Part shown: in pieces, positions 30,876 through 41,018 of the stretch
Layout: the number at the start of each line of letters is the position of its first letter
How positions within the stretch are numbered: position 1 is the first letter of the stretch
From: a virus
Taxonomy: Duplodnaviria > Caudoviricetes
DNA: 64,000 nucleotides
Reading direction: 5' to 3' (one strand)
Virus record (IMG/VR): IMGVR_UViG_2562617096_000005
Made by a program: the position numbers and the translations under genes
The notes under the pieces: generated by a model
The model's database searches: none
Told to the model about the DNA's origin: nothing
The model's input: only the letters and a program-made list of their open reading frames with translations

Positions 30876-31517
30876 ATGCCAGTAATTGATATGAGTAAAA
30901 ATCAAAAAATTAACATGACAAAAGAAGATGGAAGCAACATTAAAAATATTTTCATTGGTGTGCGTTGGGATATGAATAGATTTTCCGGCGAAGGAGATAT
31001 TGATTTTGATATACATGGGTTCTTAACAAACAGCGATAAAAAAGTTCAATATCCTTCAGATATCGTGAATTTTAGTACATACGGAGATGGAAAAAATTAT
31101 CCGTGGGTTGAATACTCTGGAGATAACAGAACAGGCGATGACTCACAGGGTATTGAATTTAATGGGAGACATTTTGATGAGTATTTTATTGTTCACGCTG
31201 ATAAGTTTCCAGCAAACAAAACAGACTTTACAATTTGCTTAACAATTTTCAGAGCAATTCAACGATTGCAGAATTTTGGCATGGTAAATAATGCAATGGT
31301 TACAGTATATGACTATGACAATCCGTCAGGTTTTGAAGCAAACTTTGATTTATCAGAAGATGAAAAGTTTGAAAAATTAAATGCTGTGGAGCTTGGAAGA
31401 TTATACAAGCATAACGGTGGATTTAAATTTCAGGCAATTGGTTCTGGTTATACAGGCGGTATGGTTGAATTATTTAAAACATTTGATTTAGACATTGATG
31501 AAGGTAGGGATGCTTAA
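30876..31517 (+). CDS. terD: TerD/TerZ family stress protein
   Basis: GVRWD, DFD, SGDNRTGD, ELGRLYKHNGGFKFQAIG. Confidence 0.85.
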   Translation: MPVIDMSKNQKINMTKEDGSNIKNIFIGVRWDMNRFSGEGDIDFDIHGFLTNSDKKVQYPSDIVNFSTYGDGKNYPWVEYSGDNRTGDDSQGIEFNGRHFDEYFIVHADKFPANKTDFTICLTIFRAIQRLQNFGMVNNAMVTVYDYDNPSGFEANFDLSEDEKFEKLNAVELGRLYKHNGGFKFQAIGSGYTGGMVELFKTFDLDIDEGRDA

Positions 31518-32260
31518 TGACTTTCGCAACGGTATTACTTTTATTAACTGTTGGTATTGTTGGAGGAATTCTTTTGTTTACAAAAATAGGCAAAAGAATT
31601 CGCCTTAGAGCAACAGGAACAATCAATGAAAAATTAAGTGAAGATGCATCTACTCCTGAAGGTGCAAAAGCATATTTTAATGCTGCTATTGAAAAGAAAG
31701 AAGAAGATTATTCTAAAGCAAGTGCTAACTATAGTCAAATTCTTGGAAAATTATCTGCATTTGAAAAAGATTTAAGAACACTCCAAAAAGATGAAATGAA
31801 AGTTAATATGGATATTGACTCTTGCGTATCTCGTGGTGATGATGAAGGGGCTAAAACATATTTGAAAATGCAGCAAGAAATTACAGATAAGATGGAAGTT
31901 CTCAAAGAAGGTATTAAGGATTTGAAAGAGAACGAAAGGTTGCAGAAAGAGACAGTTGATAAGCTCTATGATGATTTGGCACAGTTAAAAGCTGAAAAAG
32001 AAAAAACCGTATTCACTTTGGAAACAGTAGAAGCTACAAAATCTTTGAAAGCTGATACCACAGTGTCTTCAAATGAAGAAGATAAAATGTTAGAAAAAGT
32101 CAGAGATGGAGTCAGAAAAGCAAGAGAAGAGTCTGAAGGAAACAGAATAGCTTATGAAAATTCTGCTAGCGTGCAGAAAAAACGTCTGGATAAAAAAATG
32201 AAAGACGAAGAAATCAATAAGAAGTTAGCTGAACTGAAAGCAAAGAAAGGAATGAAATAA
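31517..32260 (+). CDS. Membrane-anchored PspA/IM30-like coiled-coil protein
   Basis: N-terminal TM helix, long coiled coil, C-terminal DEEINKKLAELKAK. Confidence 0.6.
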   Translation: MTFATVLLLLTVGIVGGILLFTKIGKRIRLRATGTINEKLSEDASTPEGAKAYFNAAIEKKEEDYSKASANYSQILGKLSAFEKDLRTLQKDEMKVNMDIDSCVSRGDDEGAKTYLKMQQEITDKMEVLKEGIKDLKENERLQKETVDKLYDDLAQLKAEKEKTVFTLETVEATKSLKADTTVSSNEEDKMLEKVRDGVRKAREESEGNRIAYENSASVQKKRLDKKMKDEEINKKLAELKAKKGMK

Positions 32261-32261
32261 T

Positions 32262-32398
32262 ATGTGGGTTCTATTTCTTTTAGCGGTTTTAGGATATGCA
32301 GTGTTGGGATTGATAATTGTATGGATTGGAAATAAAGTTATCAATTCAATCAAAAAAGATGACAAAAAGATAGAAAAAGAATTGGAGGAAGACCATAA
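32262..32398 (+). CDS. Small membrane protein
   Basis: MWVLFLLAVLGYAVLGLIIVW..., single TM segment. Confidence 0.55.
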
Positions 32399-32401
32399 GC
32401 C

Positions 32402-33292
32402 ATGAAGAAAAAAGTTATAGCTAGTATTGTTTTAGTAGTTGCATTGGCAGGCGGAGTTTTTACAGTGAGCCAGATGGAAAAAATTCCAACAGGAAGAGTA
32501 GGAGTTCAATATTCATTGAATGGTGGAGTAAAAGATGAAGTATTGGACATGGGAGTACATTTTGTTCTTCCTGGTATTCACGTAAAAGAATTTACAATTG
32601 GAAATGAACAGTTAATTCTATCAAAAGATAAGAGAGAAGGAAGTGAAGGGGACGACTCTTTCAAAGTTGCTACTTCTGATGATGCAAGTATTTCTATTAG
32701 TTTTCAGATGTCCTATAGATATATTCCTGAAACAGTAGTAGATACATATAAGAAATTCAAAGGTATGGATGGAGAAGATATTGTTGAACAGCGTGTGAAA
32801 ACAGTGTTAAAATCAAAGATTTCTGAAATTACAACAGATTACAGTATGATGCAGTTATATAGTGGAAATAGATCAGAAATCAACGACAAAATCACTGAAT
32901 ATTTAAATGAAGAATTTGGCGAAGCGTATGGCATTGAAGTTTTGGATGCATCCATTATTGACGTTCATCCTGACGATAAGTTAAAGGCAGCAATTGATGA
33001 TAGAGTGAAAGCTTTGCAGGAAAAACAGCAAGCGGAAGCAGAGCAGGAAAAAATTAAAGTTCAAAAAGAAACCGAAAAAATGCAAGCGGAAGCAGATGCT
33101 CAGATTGCAGTAACACAGGCTCAAGCAAAAGCAGAAAAAATGCGTATCGAAGCTCAGGCGGAGGCAGATGCAAATAATTTGAAATCTAACTCCATTACAC
33201 CAGAACTCATTCAGATGAAAGAGGCAGAGGCAAGATTACAGCATGGTTGGGTAACTGTTCAGGGTGCAAATGCAGTAGTTAAGGAGGAATAA
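32402..33292 (+). CDS. SPFH/Band-7 (prohibitin-like) protein
   Basis: IPTGRVGVQY...G, TSDD, AQAEADAN...SITPELI. Confidence 0.9.
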   Translation: MKKKVIASIVLVVALAGGVFTVSQMEKIPTGRVGVQYSLNGGVKDEVLDMGVHFVLPGIHVKEFTIGNEQLILSKDKREGSEGDDSFKVATSDDASISISFQMSYRYIPETVVDTYKKFKGMDGEDIVEQRVKTVLKSKISEITTDYSMMQLYSGNRSEINDKITEYLNEEFGEAYGIEVLDASIIDVHPDDKLKAAIDDRVKALQEKQQAEAEQEKIKVQKETEKMQAEADAQIAVTQAQAKAEKMRIEAQAEADANNLKSNSITPELIQMKEAEARLQHGWVTVQGANAVVKEE

Positions 33293-33426
33293 AGTGAAAG
33301 AAAAATTCGCAAAAGTATTTACGGATACAGTAATTGTATTGCTAGGAACAATGACCGCTACATTCGCTGTAGATAAAGGCATTGCTATATATAAAAAAAT
33401 CAAAGAGAAAAGAAAGGAATTAAAAA

Positions 33427-34401
33427 ATGTTGACAATGAAGAATACGAAACAGGAACTTTTTGATGCATATTCAGAAGCATTGAAAAAAGTAGAGGAAGT
33501 TCAGAAAATGAAAGAAACGCCAGCGGATATGGCTGAAAATAAAAGAAAAGTAGCGGTTGAAGAAAATGCTGCTCAGGCTGTAGAGAGCAATATTTTCAGT
33601 GATGAAATTACTCGACAGTACGAAGACTTAATGGAAACCATTGAAAATAAACAGAAAGAATTGCAAGAATTATATGATATTGAAGTAGAAGCATCTTCTC
33701 TGGCAGCTATTATTAATGCAGCTAAAGAAAAAGACTATCAATTAGAGGAAGAATTTAAAGCTAAAAGAGAAAAACTCATGGCTGAACACAAAGAGCTGAT
33801 TAAAGTATATGAAGCTGAGTTAGATGACTTGATTTCTCAAAAAGACTCCGTGCGAGAAGAAGTAAGAGCTGCGAGAGCAGAAGAAATTGCAAAAGTAAAA
33901 CAGGAACGTCAACGTGAAGAAGAAGAGTATGGATACAATCTGACACGTCAGCGTAAGATTGAAAATGATAAATGGGAAGATGAAAAAGCAGAACGTGAAA
34001 AAGTTTTAAATGCAAAGGAAGAGGCTGCTGACAATATGTTTGTAGAAGCAGAAAGCAAATTAGACGAACTGGAAAGATTGCGTGAAAAAGTTGCAGAAAT
34101 TCCAGAATTGATTGCAAATGCTGAGAAAGAAGCAAAAGAACTTGGTCAGAAAGAAGCTGCAAAAGAGTATGGTTATAAGAAAACCATGTATGAAAAAGAA
34201 AAAGAATATGAAATTGCAAAATTGGAAGACAAAGTTTCTATGCTTGAAGAAAAATTAGAACAGGAAGAAAGTAAAACAACTACATTACAGTCTAAGTTAG
34301 ATGATGCTTATACTAAAATGAACACACTAGCATCTGAAACAGTTAAAGCAAATGGTGCAGTTCGTATTGTATCATCTGGTACAACTCCAGCTTCTAAATA
34401 A
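33427..34401 (+). CDS. Coiled-coil hypothetical protein
   Basis: TMKNTKQELFDAY start; E/K-rich heptads. Confidence 0.7.
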   Translation: MLTMKNTKQELFDAYSEALKKVEEVQKMKETPADMAENKRKVAVEENAAQAVESNIFSDEITRQYEDLMETIENKQKELQELYDIEVEASSLAAIINAAKEKDYQLEEEFKAKREKLMAEHKELIKVYEAELDDLISQKDSVREEVRAARAEEIAKVKQERQREEEEYGYNLTRQRKIENDKWEDEKAEREKVLNAKEEAADNMFVEAESKLDELERLREKVAEIPELIANAEKEAKELGQKEAAKEYGYKKTMYEKEKEYEIAKLEDKVSMLEEKLEQEESKTTTLQSKLDDAYTKMNTLASETVKANGAVRIVSSGTTPASK

Positions 34402-34403
34402 TC

Positions 34404-34568
34404 ATGTCTTACAGAGAAATTCTAAAACAGTCTGAATATTCATTTCTTAGAGAAAACCCACATTTAGGAAATAACATCTGCTTGATTGGTATGGGAGGTT
34501 CTATTGCTTATGGAACTAACCTGCCAACAAGCGATGTGGATATTAACAGGGGTAAACATGCACATTGA
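34404..34568 (+). pseudogene. Truncated RlaP-type (Pol beta) nucleotidyltransferase, N-terminus only
   Basis: FLRENPHLGNNICLIGMGGSIAYGTNLPTSDVDI, then a stop just after the DxD motif. Confidence 0.8.
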
Positions 34569-35727
34569 TAGGATAAAAAATTTCATTTCTATGTATCCAC
34601 AAATATATTCAGATGAAAATACAGATAAAATAAATGAAATCAAAACAAACCGAAAATATATATGGATTTGCAACAAAGGACATAAATTTGAGGCATTGCC
34701 ATCGAACATTATAAAAGATGATGGATTTCATTGTACAGTATGTAGCAATCATACGGTTTTACAGGGGTATAACGACATGGCTACAACACATCCAGAATGT
34801 ATGAAATATCTTTTGAATTTAGAAGATGGATATAAATATACTTTTGGTTCTAATAAAAAAATCTATTGGAAATGTCCTGATTGTGGATATGTAATGTATA
34901 AAGCTCCAAACAAGTTTCTTACCAATAAGAATAAATGCAATAACTGTAATGATTTTATTAGCTACGGTGAAAAATATGTGTCAAAATTTTTAGATTTAAT
35001 GAATACTAATTACACTAAACATGTATCTTTTAAATGGTCTGGGAAAAAATCATACGATTTTTATTTAAAAGATTATATGTGTATTATTGAAGTTCACGGG
35101 AAACAACATTACATAGAGAGCGGTTTTACAGATTTAGGTGGAAGAACATTAAAACAAGAAAAAGCAAATGATGATTTCAAAAAAGATATTGCAAGTAAAA
35201 ATGGAATACAACACTATATAGAAATAAACGCTCGTAATTCAGATGCAGACTATATTAAAAACAGTATTTTACAAAGTAATATCGAAACAGTTTTAAACCA
35301 AAAAATAACATTATCAGATGAACAGTGGGAGCTATGTCATGTGGCTACCTGTAATAATATGTTAAAAACAGTGTGTGATATTTATGAAAATAAAACTAAA
35401 TCAATAAAAGAAATATCCAGAGAAGTGGGATATTGCAGAAATACTATTGTATCTTGGTTAAAAAAGGGAGCTAAAATTGGATGGTGTTCTTATGATTCTA
35501 AAGAAGCGGTTTTAAAGGCAAACAAGGAAACTTCAAAACGTACAGTAAAAACCATGTCAAAGCCGATTTTTCAGATGACGAAAGATTTAAAAATAATTGG
35601 TGAATATCCTAGCATTAACGAAGCACAACGAAAGTTGCATATTTCACATATATGGGATGTCATAGTTGGAAGAAGGCAATCAGCAGGAGGATATATATGG
35701 GGATATCAAGAGCTTGACATGAATTGA
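34558..35727 (+). mobile_element. Free-standing homing-endonuclease-like gene (Zn ribbons, PD-(D/E)XK/Vsr-like nuclease, NUMOD1)
   Basis: WICNKGH and WKCPDCG ribbons; YDFYL...IIEVHGKQHY; GEYPSINEA...AGGYIW. Confidence 0.75.
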
Positions 35728-35769
35728 CTTTAACTTAATTAAACATAGATGAAAAGAGGTGAGTGAAAA

Positions 35770-36684
35770 CTGAGTATATTACCCAAATTATTTATGATGA
35801 TTGGTATTCCCGGTAGTGGAAAATCACAAGAAGCAGAGATAATTGCAAAAGAACATAACGCAGTAATTCATGCTTCTGATAGATTGCGAGAAGAGTTGTT
35901 CCGAGATGTAAACCACATGGGAGATAATGGCTTTCTTTTTAATGAACTTCATAAAAGAATTCAGAGAGATTTAAAAGCTGGTAAAAACGTTATATATGAT
36001 GCAACAAATATCAATTCGAAAAAAAGAATATCATTTCTGAAATCTTTAAAAGATATTCCCTGTGAAAAAATTGCAATTCTCATAATGACTCCATACCAGC
36101 AATGTTTGAAAAATAATGCAGAGAGGGAAAGAAGTATTCCTGAAAGTGTTATAGAGAAAATGTATACGAACTTCCAAGTTCCTTATTATTATGAAGGATT
36201 TGATATTATTCAGGTAGTTTTATGGCAAGGGGCAGATTACAAAGAGCCAGAAGAAATTGTTACAAGTTATAATAATTTTAATCAAGAAAATGAGCACCAT
36301 ACTTTAACTCTTGGTCGGCACTTATATCATGCTTTTCATTACATAGGGCAACGATTTGTTAGACATGAAAGAGGATATACTTTCGAACTGTTGTGGGCTT
36401 CATATCTTCACGACATAGGGAAGCCATTTTGCAAGGAGTGCAAAGAAGGAGACAAAAATGCTCACTATTATAACCACATGAACGTAGGTGCATACGACTC
36501 ATTTTTTTATACCTCAAAAGTATTAGACGACTCATTATTAATAGCTTGGTTAATTAACTGGCACATGGAACCCTTCTTTTGGAAGAAAGATGAAAAATTA
36601 AAAGAAAACAGATTAAAACTATGGGGAAAAGATTTATTTGAAATGATAGAAAAATTACATAAAGCGGATTTATACGCTCATTAA
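35770..36684 (+). CDS. Polynucleotide kinase (AAA_33) fused to an HD phosphohydrolase; probable CTG start
   Basis: GIPGSGKS, DATN, HHTLTLGRH, LHDIGKPF, WHM. Confidence 0.85.
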   Translation: MSILPKLFMMIGIPGSGKSQEAEIIAKEHNAVIHASDRLREELFRDVNHMGDNGFLFNELHKRIQRDLKAGKNVIYDATNINSKKRISFLKSLKDIPCEKIAILIMTPYQQCLKNNAERERSIPESVIEKMYTNFQVPYYYEGFDIIQVVLWQGADYKEPEEIVTSYNNFNQENEHHTLTLGRHLYHAFHYIGQRFVRHERGYTFELLWASYLHDIGKPFCKECKEGDKNAHYYNHMNVGAYDSFFYTSKVLDDSLLIAWLINWHMEPFFWKKDEKLKENRLKLWGKDLFEMIEKLHKADLYAH

Positions 36685-36860
36685 AAAGGAGAATAAGAAT
36701 GTTAAAAGAGAAACAGTTTATTGAAGATGTATGTAAGGTATTGGTACATGAAGATTCCGAAACAGTATTTGCTTTATTAAATAAAGCAGGTATTGAAATT
36801 GATGTAGAGAAAGATAATGTTTTTGATGTAATCCGTAAAATCAGAGGTTTAAAAGCTTAA

Positions 36861-38147
36861 TTGTATTGTGGATATATTGTACAGCTACAGAACCTGCGTA
36901 AGCACTCAAATGCAGACAGATTGCAATGTGTAAATATTTTTGGAAACAATGTAATTGTAGATATGTCTTATTACGAAGGACAAATAGTAGTCTTCTTTCC
37001 TGTAGATGGAAGATTGAGTGATGAATACGCATTAGCAAATAATTTAGTTAGAAAAAAAGATGAGACAGGTAAAAATATTGGAGGATATTTAGAGCCTGAG
37101 AAAAATAACATCAGAGCATTGAAGCTTAGAGGAGAAAAGTCCGAAGGTTTAGTAATGCCGGTAGAAACATTATTATCATACACAAGTATGGAAACATTAA
37201 AGGTCGGAGATAAAATTACGACATTAAATGGTCATTTGATTTGTGAGAAATATATCCCTAAAAGAAAAACCTTAAAAGGTGGAAACAGTTCAACAAAATC
37301 AAAAAACATTTCTAAGAAGGAAAAATATCCTATCTTTATAGAACATGTTGATACTGAACAGTTGATGTGCAATAAACAAGCATTTAAACCCGGAGATAAA
37401 TGCACAATTACATTAAAGATGCATGGAACAAGCAGTAGAGAAATGTATAGTATCAAACATGAACGATTCAAAAAAAATTTCATAGAAAAATTACTAAAAA
37501 AAGAACCTAGAACTAAAAAAGAATGGACGTATGTTTCAGGTACAAGGAGATGTATATTAGAAGATTTCGATGGAGGATTTTATGGTTCAAATGAATTTAG
37601 AAAACCGTGGCATGATTTCTTTGAAGGAAAATTAGAAAAAGGTGAAACAGTCTACGGAGAGATTGTAGGTTACGTTAATAATCAAACTCCTATTATGGGT
37701 AGTTGTTCTACTTCAAAATTACAGGATAAGGAAGCCAAAAAACTTTATGGAAAAGAAATGGTATTTTCCTATGGTTGTAATCCCGGAGAAAATCAATACT
37801 ATGTTTATCGTATGACGCTGACCAATGAGGACGGATACACTATTGAATATCCTGATTGGCTCATGAGATTAAGATGTGAGCAAATGGGAGTGGATTGTGT
37901 GCCACTTTTTGAAACATTTGAATATTCAACGTGGGAAGATTTAATGGAACGTGTTGAAAAATACTATGATGGAGTAGACCCTGTAGGAAAAACACACATT
38001 CGAGAAGGAGTTGTTGTACGAATTGAAAATAGACCTAAATTCACAGCATTTAAACATAAAAACTTCACTTTTAAATTAGTCAGCGGTATCATCTCAGAAA
38101 ATGCTGACATTGCAAATATGACAGACGATATGGTTGAGGAGCTTTAA
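36861..38147 (+). CDS. ATP-dependent RNA ligase (Rnl2/DRB0094-like) with N-terminal OB domain
   Basis: HSNADRL, LRGEKSEG, KMHGTS (motif I), YGEI, EGVVVR, FKHK. Confidence 0.85.
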   Translation: MYCGYIVQLQNLRKHSNADRLQCVNIFGNNVIVDMSYYEGQIVVFFPVDGRLSDEYALANNLVRKKDETGKNIGGYLEPEKNNIRALKLRGEKSEGLVMPVETLLSYTSMETLKVGDKITTLNGHLICEKYIPKRKTLKGGNSSTKSKNISKKEKYPIFIEHVDTEQLMCNKQAFKPGDKCTITLKMHGTSSREMYSIKHERFKKNFIEKLLKKEPRTKKEWTYVSGTRRCILEDFDGGFYGSNEFRKPWHDFFEGKLEKGETVYGEIVGYVNNQTPIMGSCSTSKLQDKEAKKLYGKEMVFSYGCNPGENQYYVYRMTLTNEDGYTIEYPDWLMRLRCEQMGVDCVPLFETFEYSTWEDLMERVEKYYDGVDPVGKTHIREGVVVRIENRPKFTAFKHKNFTFKLVSGIISENADIANMTDDMVEEL

Positions 38148-38359
38148 TGATTAGCAGCGAAACAAAATGTCAATGTCATAAATGTAAAGAAATCTTTTCA
38201 TATTCACAATTACCTGAAGACGTAAAAATGCGTCATCAAAGTCCATGCTGTAAAGCATCTTATTCAGTTCTTAATCGGTCACTCGACCAATTTTTCATGA
38301 AATTTTTAGATATAAACAACGATAAAAAATATTACAAGTATTAAAAGAAAGGACATTAA

Positions 38360-39283
38360 ATGGAAGAAAATACATTAAAACAAGCAGACGCAAGATTTGA
38401 AGTAATCGGCATTATCAGTGAAATGAACCTGAAAGTAGATACCGATACAGAAGGAAAAGAATATATTGGTGGAACAATCAAAATCAAGACAGATGAAACA
38501 AATACAGTTGTTACTGATGTAAGAGTAAATAAGGTAACAAAGGATGGAAAAGAAAATAAAACCTATGATGGTTGGCTTACACGCATGGCTGAATATGAGT
38601 CTATTGCGGATGAAGGTGTAGATGGAGCAACAATCGTTCACATTAAAAAAGGTCAGTTAAGACCGAGTAAATATATCAACAAAGAAACAGGTAGAGAAGT
38701 TCAGGGAGTTCGCTATTCTGCAAATTTCATGAATAAAGTTGATAGAACTTATACTGAGAATGGTGAATTAGATGTGCCTTTTAAAGCAGAATTTCATGTT
38801 ACTGGATATATTCAGTCTATCATTGACGAATTCGATAAAGAGGAGGAAACAGGAAGATTAATTCTTAATCTACAAGTACCTACTTTTAATTCTATTGAAC
38901 CATTAAAACTTATTGTTCCAGAAAATCTTGCAGATACAGTAAAAGATATATGGGAAATGGGCGCAACAGTAGACGTTGATGGAAAAATTGTCAATCGAGC
39001 TATTGTTACAGAAAAAGTAATTAAAAGAGCTATTGGAGACGATGTTCATGAAACAAGCACCGAATATGTGAATGAACTCTTAATGACAGGTGGTTCTGCT
39101 CCTTATGAAGAAGAATTTGCATACAAAGAAGAAGCTATTCGCAAAGCAATGGCAGACAAGCAGATTGCTCTTGACGAAGCAAAAGCAAAAGTGGAAGAAG
39201 ATAGAAAAAAAGGAAAGAACAATGGTGCTGTACCTAAAAATACTACAGCAACAAGCAGAAAATTACCAACAGCAGGATTTTAA
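38360..39283 (+). CDS. Probable single-stranded DNA-binding protein
   Basis: Beta-rich tandem OB-like sequence ending in F; lies just before the Sak4-like ATPase. Confidence 0.55.
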   Translation: MEENTLKQADARFEVIGIISEMNLKVDTDTEGKEYIGGTIKIKTDETNTVVTDVRVNKVTKDGKENKTYDGWLTRMAEYESIADEGVDGATIVHIKKGQLRPSKYINKETGREVQGVRYSANFMNKVDRTYTENGELDVPFKAEFHVTGYIQSIIDEFDKEEETGRLILNLQVPTFNSIEPLKLIVPENLADTVKDIWEMGATVDVDGKIVNRAIVTEKVIKRAIGDDVHETSTEYVNELLMTGGSAPYEEEFAYKEEAIRKAMADKQIALDEAKAKVEEDRKKGKNNGAVPKNTTATSRKLPTAGF

Positions 39284-39299
39284 TTTAGGAGGATAAACA

Positions 39300-40292
39300 A
39301 TGGCATATTCATTAGATGATTTATTAAACCCACAGGTATCAAAAGTAACACGTTCAACTGATAACTTAATTATTACTACATACGGCGCAAGAGGACAAGG
39401 AAAAACTCCAGTGGCTACAAAAATGGAAAAACCTTTTTACTTTGCATTTGGCAAGTCTGGTTTGAGTGGAATTAACAATGTAGATTTCCAGCCAGTAAAT
39501 TCATGGTCTGATTTTAAGAGTCTTGTTAAACTTTTTTCAAATAAGAAAAACTATGAGCAACTTCATGAAAAATATCACACATTAGTATTGGACGAAATGG
39601 AAATCTTATACAAATACTGTGAACAGTATGTTGCTTCTACAGAAGGTGTAAGAAAGATTAAAGAAGGAAATGGTGGATATGGTCTTTGGGGTGACTTGAA
39701 AGATGAATGGGAAAATGAAATTATGAAAATTATTGGCAGTGGTTTCTGTGTAATGTTTATTCTTCATGCTTGTGCAGATGATACAGGAAAGATTATGCCA
39801 GTTGGAGATTTAAAACGTATGCTTCCTATTATTTTAAATCACTCTGATATCATTGGATATGTAAGAGGAAATGGTTCTGATCCAGAAACAGGAAAGCCTA
39901 TCCACTCTTCTTTAATGCTTTCCGACACTGATGAATATTTTGCAAGAACACGTAACGAATATTTTGTTCCTTATATTGAAGATTATACTGCTGAGAATCT
40001 TGTCAATGCTTATTATGATGCCTTAGATAGACAGGAAAAAGCAGAGGGAACAAGCACTGTGACAAAAGAAGAGGGAGATAAAATGTACGAAAAGCAAAGA
40101 ATTACCTTTGATGAATTAATGGGAAAAGTTGCCGAGTGTATTGAGAAAATGTGTAATGCAAAACGAGATGAAGAAGTTGTTGATATTGTAGAAAAAACTC
40201 TTGGAAAAGGTGGGAAGGTATCTCAGTGTACAGCTAAACAGTATGAAGCTGTTGAAGTTATTTTAAATGATTTAGAAGAAGCGTTGGCTTAA
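39300..40292 (+). CDS. AAA_24 / Sak4-like ATPase
   Basis: GARGQGKT Walker A, LVLDE Walker B, GGYG. Confidence 0.8.
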   Translation: MAYSLDDLLNPQVSKVTRSTDNLIITTYGARGQGKTPVATKMEKPFYFAFGKSGLSGINNVDFQPVNSWSDFKSLVKLFSNKKNYEQLHEKYHTLVLDEMEILYKYCEQYVASTEGVRKIKEGNGGYGLWGDLKDEWENEIMKIIGSGFCVMFILHACADDTGKIMPVGDLKRMLPIILNHSDIIGYVRGNGSDPETGKPIHSSLMLSDTDEYFARTRNEYFVPYIEDYTAENLVNAYYDALDRQEKAEGTSTVTKEEGDKMYEKQRITFDELMGKVAECIEKMCNAKRDEEVVDIVEKTLGKGGKVSQCTAKQYEAVEVILNDLEEALA

Positions 40293-40870
40293 TGGCAAAA
40301 CGTAAATGCGCTATATGTGGCGAGTGGATTGAGGATAATAATGACAGTGTACCGTATAAAAAACGGTACGCTCACCTCAGTTGCTTTAATGTAGCAATGA
40401 AAGTTGTAACAACTGAGAAAAAGCCCAAAAGTACGAAAGTAGTACAGAAAAATACAAAGAAAGCTCCTCAAAAGGAAGTTAAAACAGGTTTAACTGAAGA
40501 GGAATATCAGGAAAAGAAACAACTATGTGACTTTATAAGAGAAAAGACAAAAGCAGATATAACCATTAAGATATATAAATTGATTGATGATTATATAAAA
40601 AAATACAAAGTAACTTATAAAGACATTTATGAAACATTGTACTGGTATTATTCGATTGAGAGCAATGAAGTAAAAGGCGATATGATTGGTATTTTCCCTT
40701 ATGTTTACAACGAAGCAAAAAATGCTATGGATAATATAAGGGGAGCACAAAAGAATTGCCAAGAGAAAATGAGTGAAATGATATCTATGTATCCAGAAAA
40801 GGTTTTAAAACTCCCTGACATAGAGAATAGAATTATTGACCAAATTGACATTAGTAAGATTGGAGAGTGA
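40292..40870 (+). CDS. Hypothetical replication-module protein with N-terminal Zn finger
   Basis: CAIC...HLSC; IGIFPYVY. Confidence 0.6.
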   Translation: MAKRKCAICGEWIEDNNDSVPYKKRYAHLSCFNVAMKVVTTEKKPKSTKVVQKNTKKAPQKEVKTGLTEEEYQEKKQLCDFIREKTKADITIKIYKLIDDYIKKYKVTYKDIYETLYWYYSIESNEVKGDMIGIFPYVYNEAKNAMDNIRGAQKNCQEKMSEMISMYPEKVLKLPDIENRIIDQIDISKIGE

Positions 40871-41018
40871 TAGAGTTGGAAATTCTTGCAATAATAATTG
40901 TATGTTCAATAGCAATCGGTATAGCAGTCTTAGTCATGAATAAAACAAACTATGACAGGGAAATAGATGATTTAGAACAAATAGAATATCTATCTGAATA
41001 TCGTAAAAGGAAGAAAAA

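Noticed and set aside
34486-34557. ORF-track N-terminal extension of the endonuclease
   Set aside because: It is an out-of-frame overlap with the rlaP remnant; the RBS supports ATG 34558.
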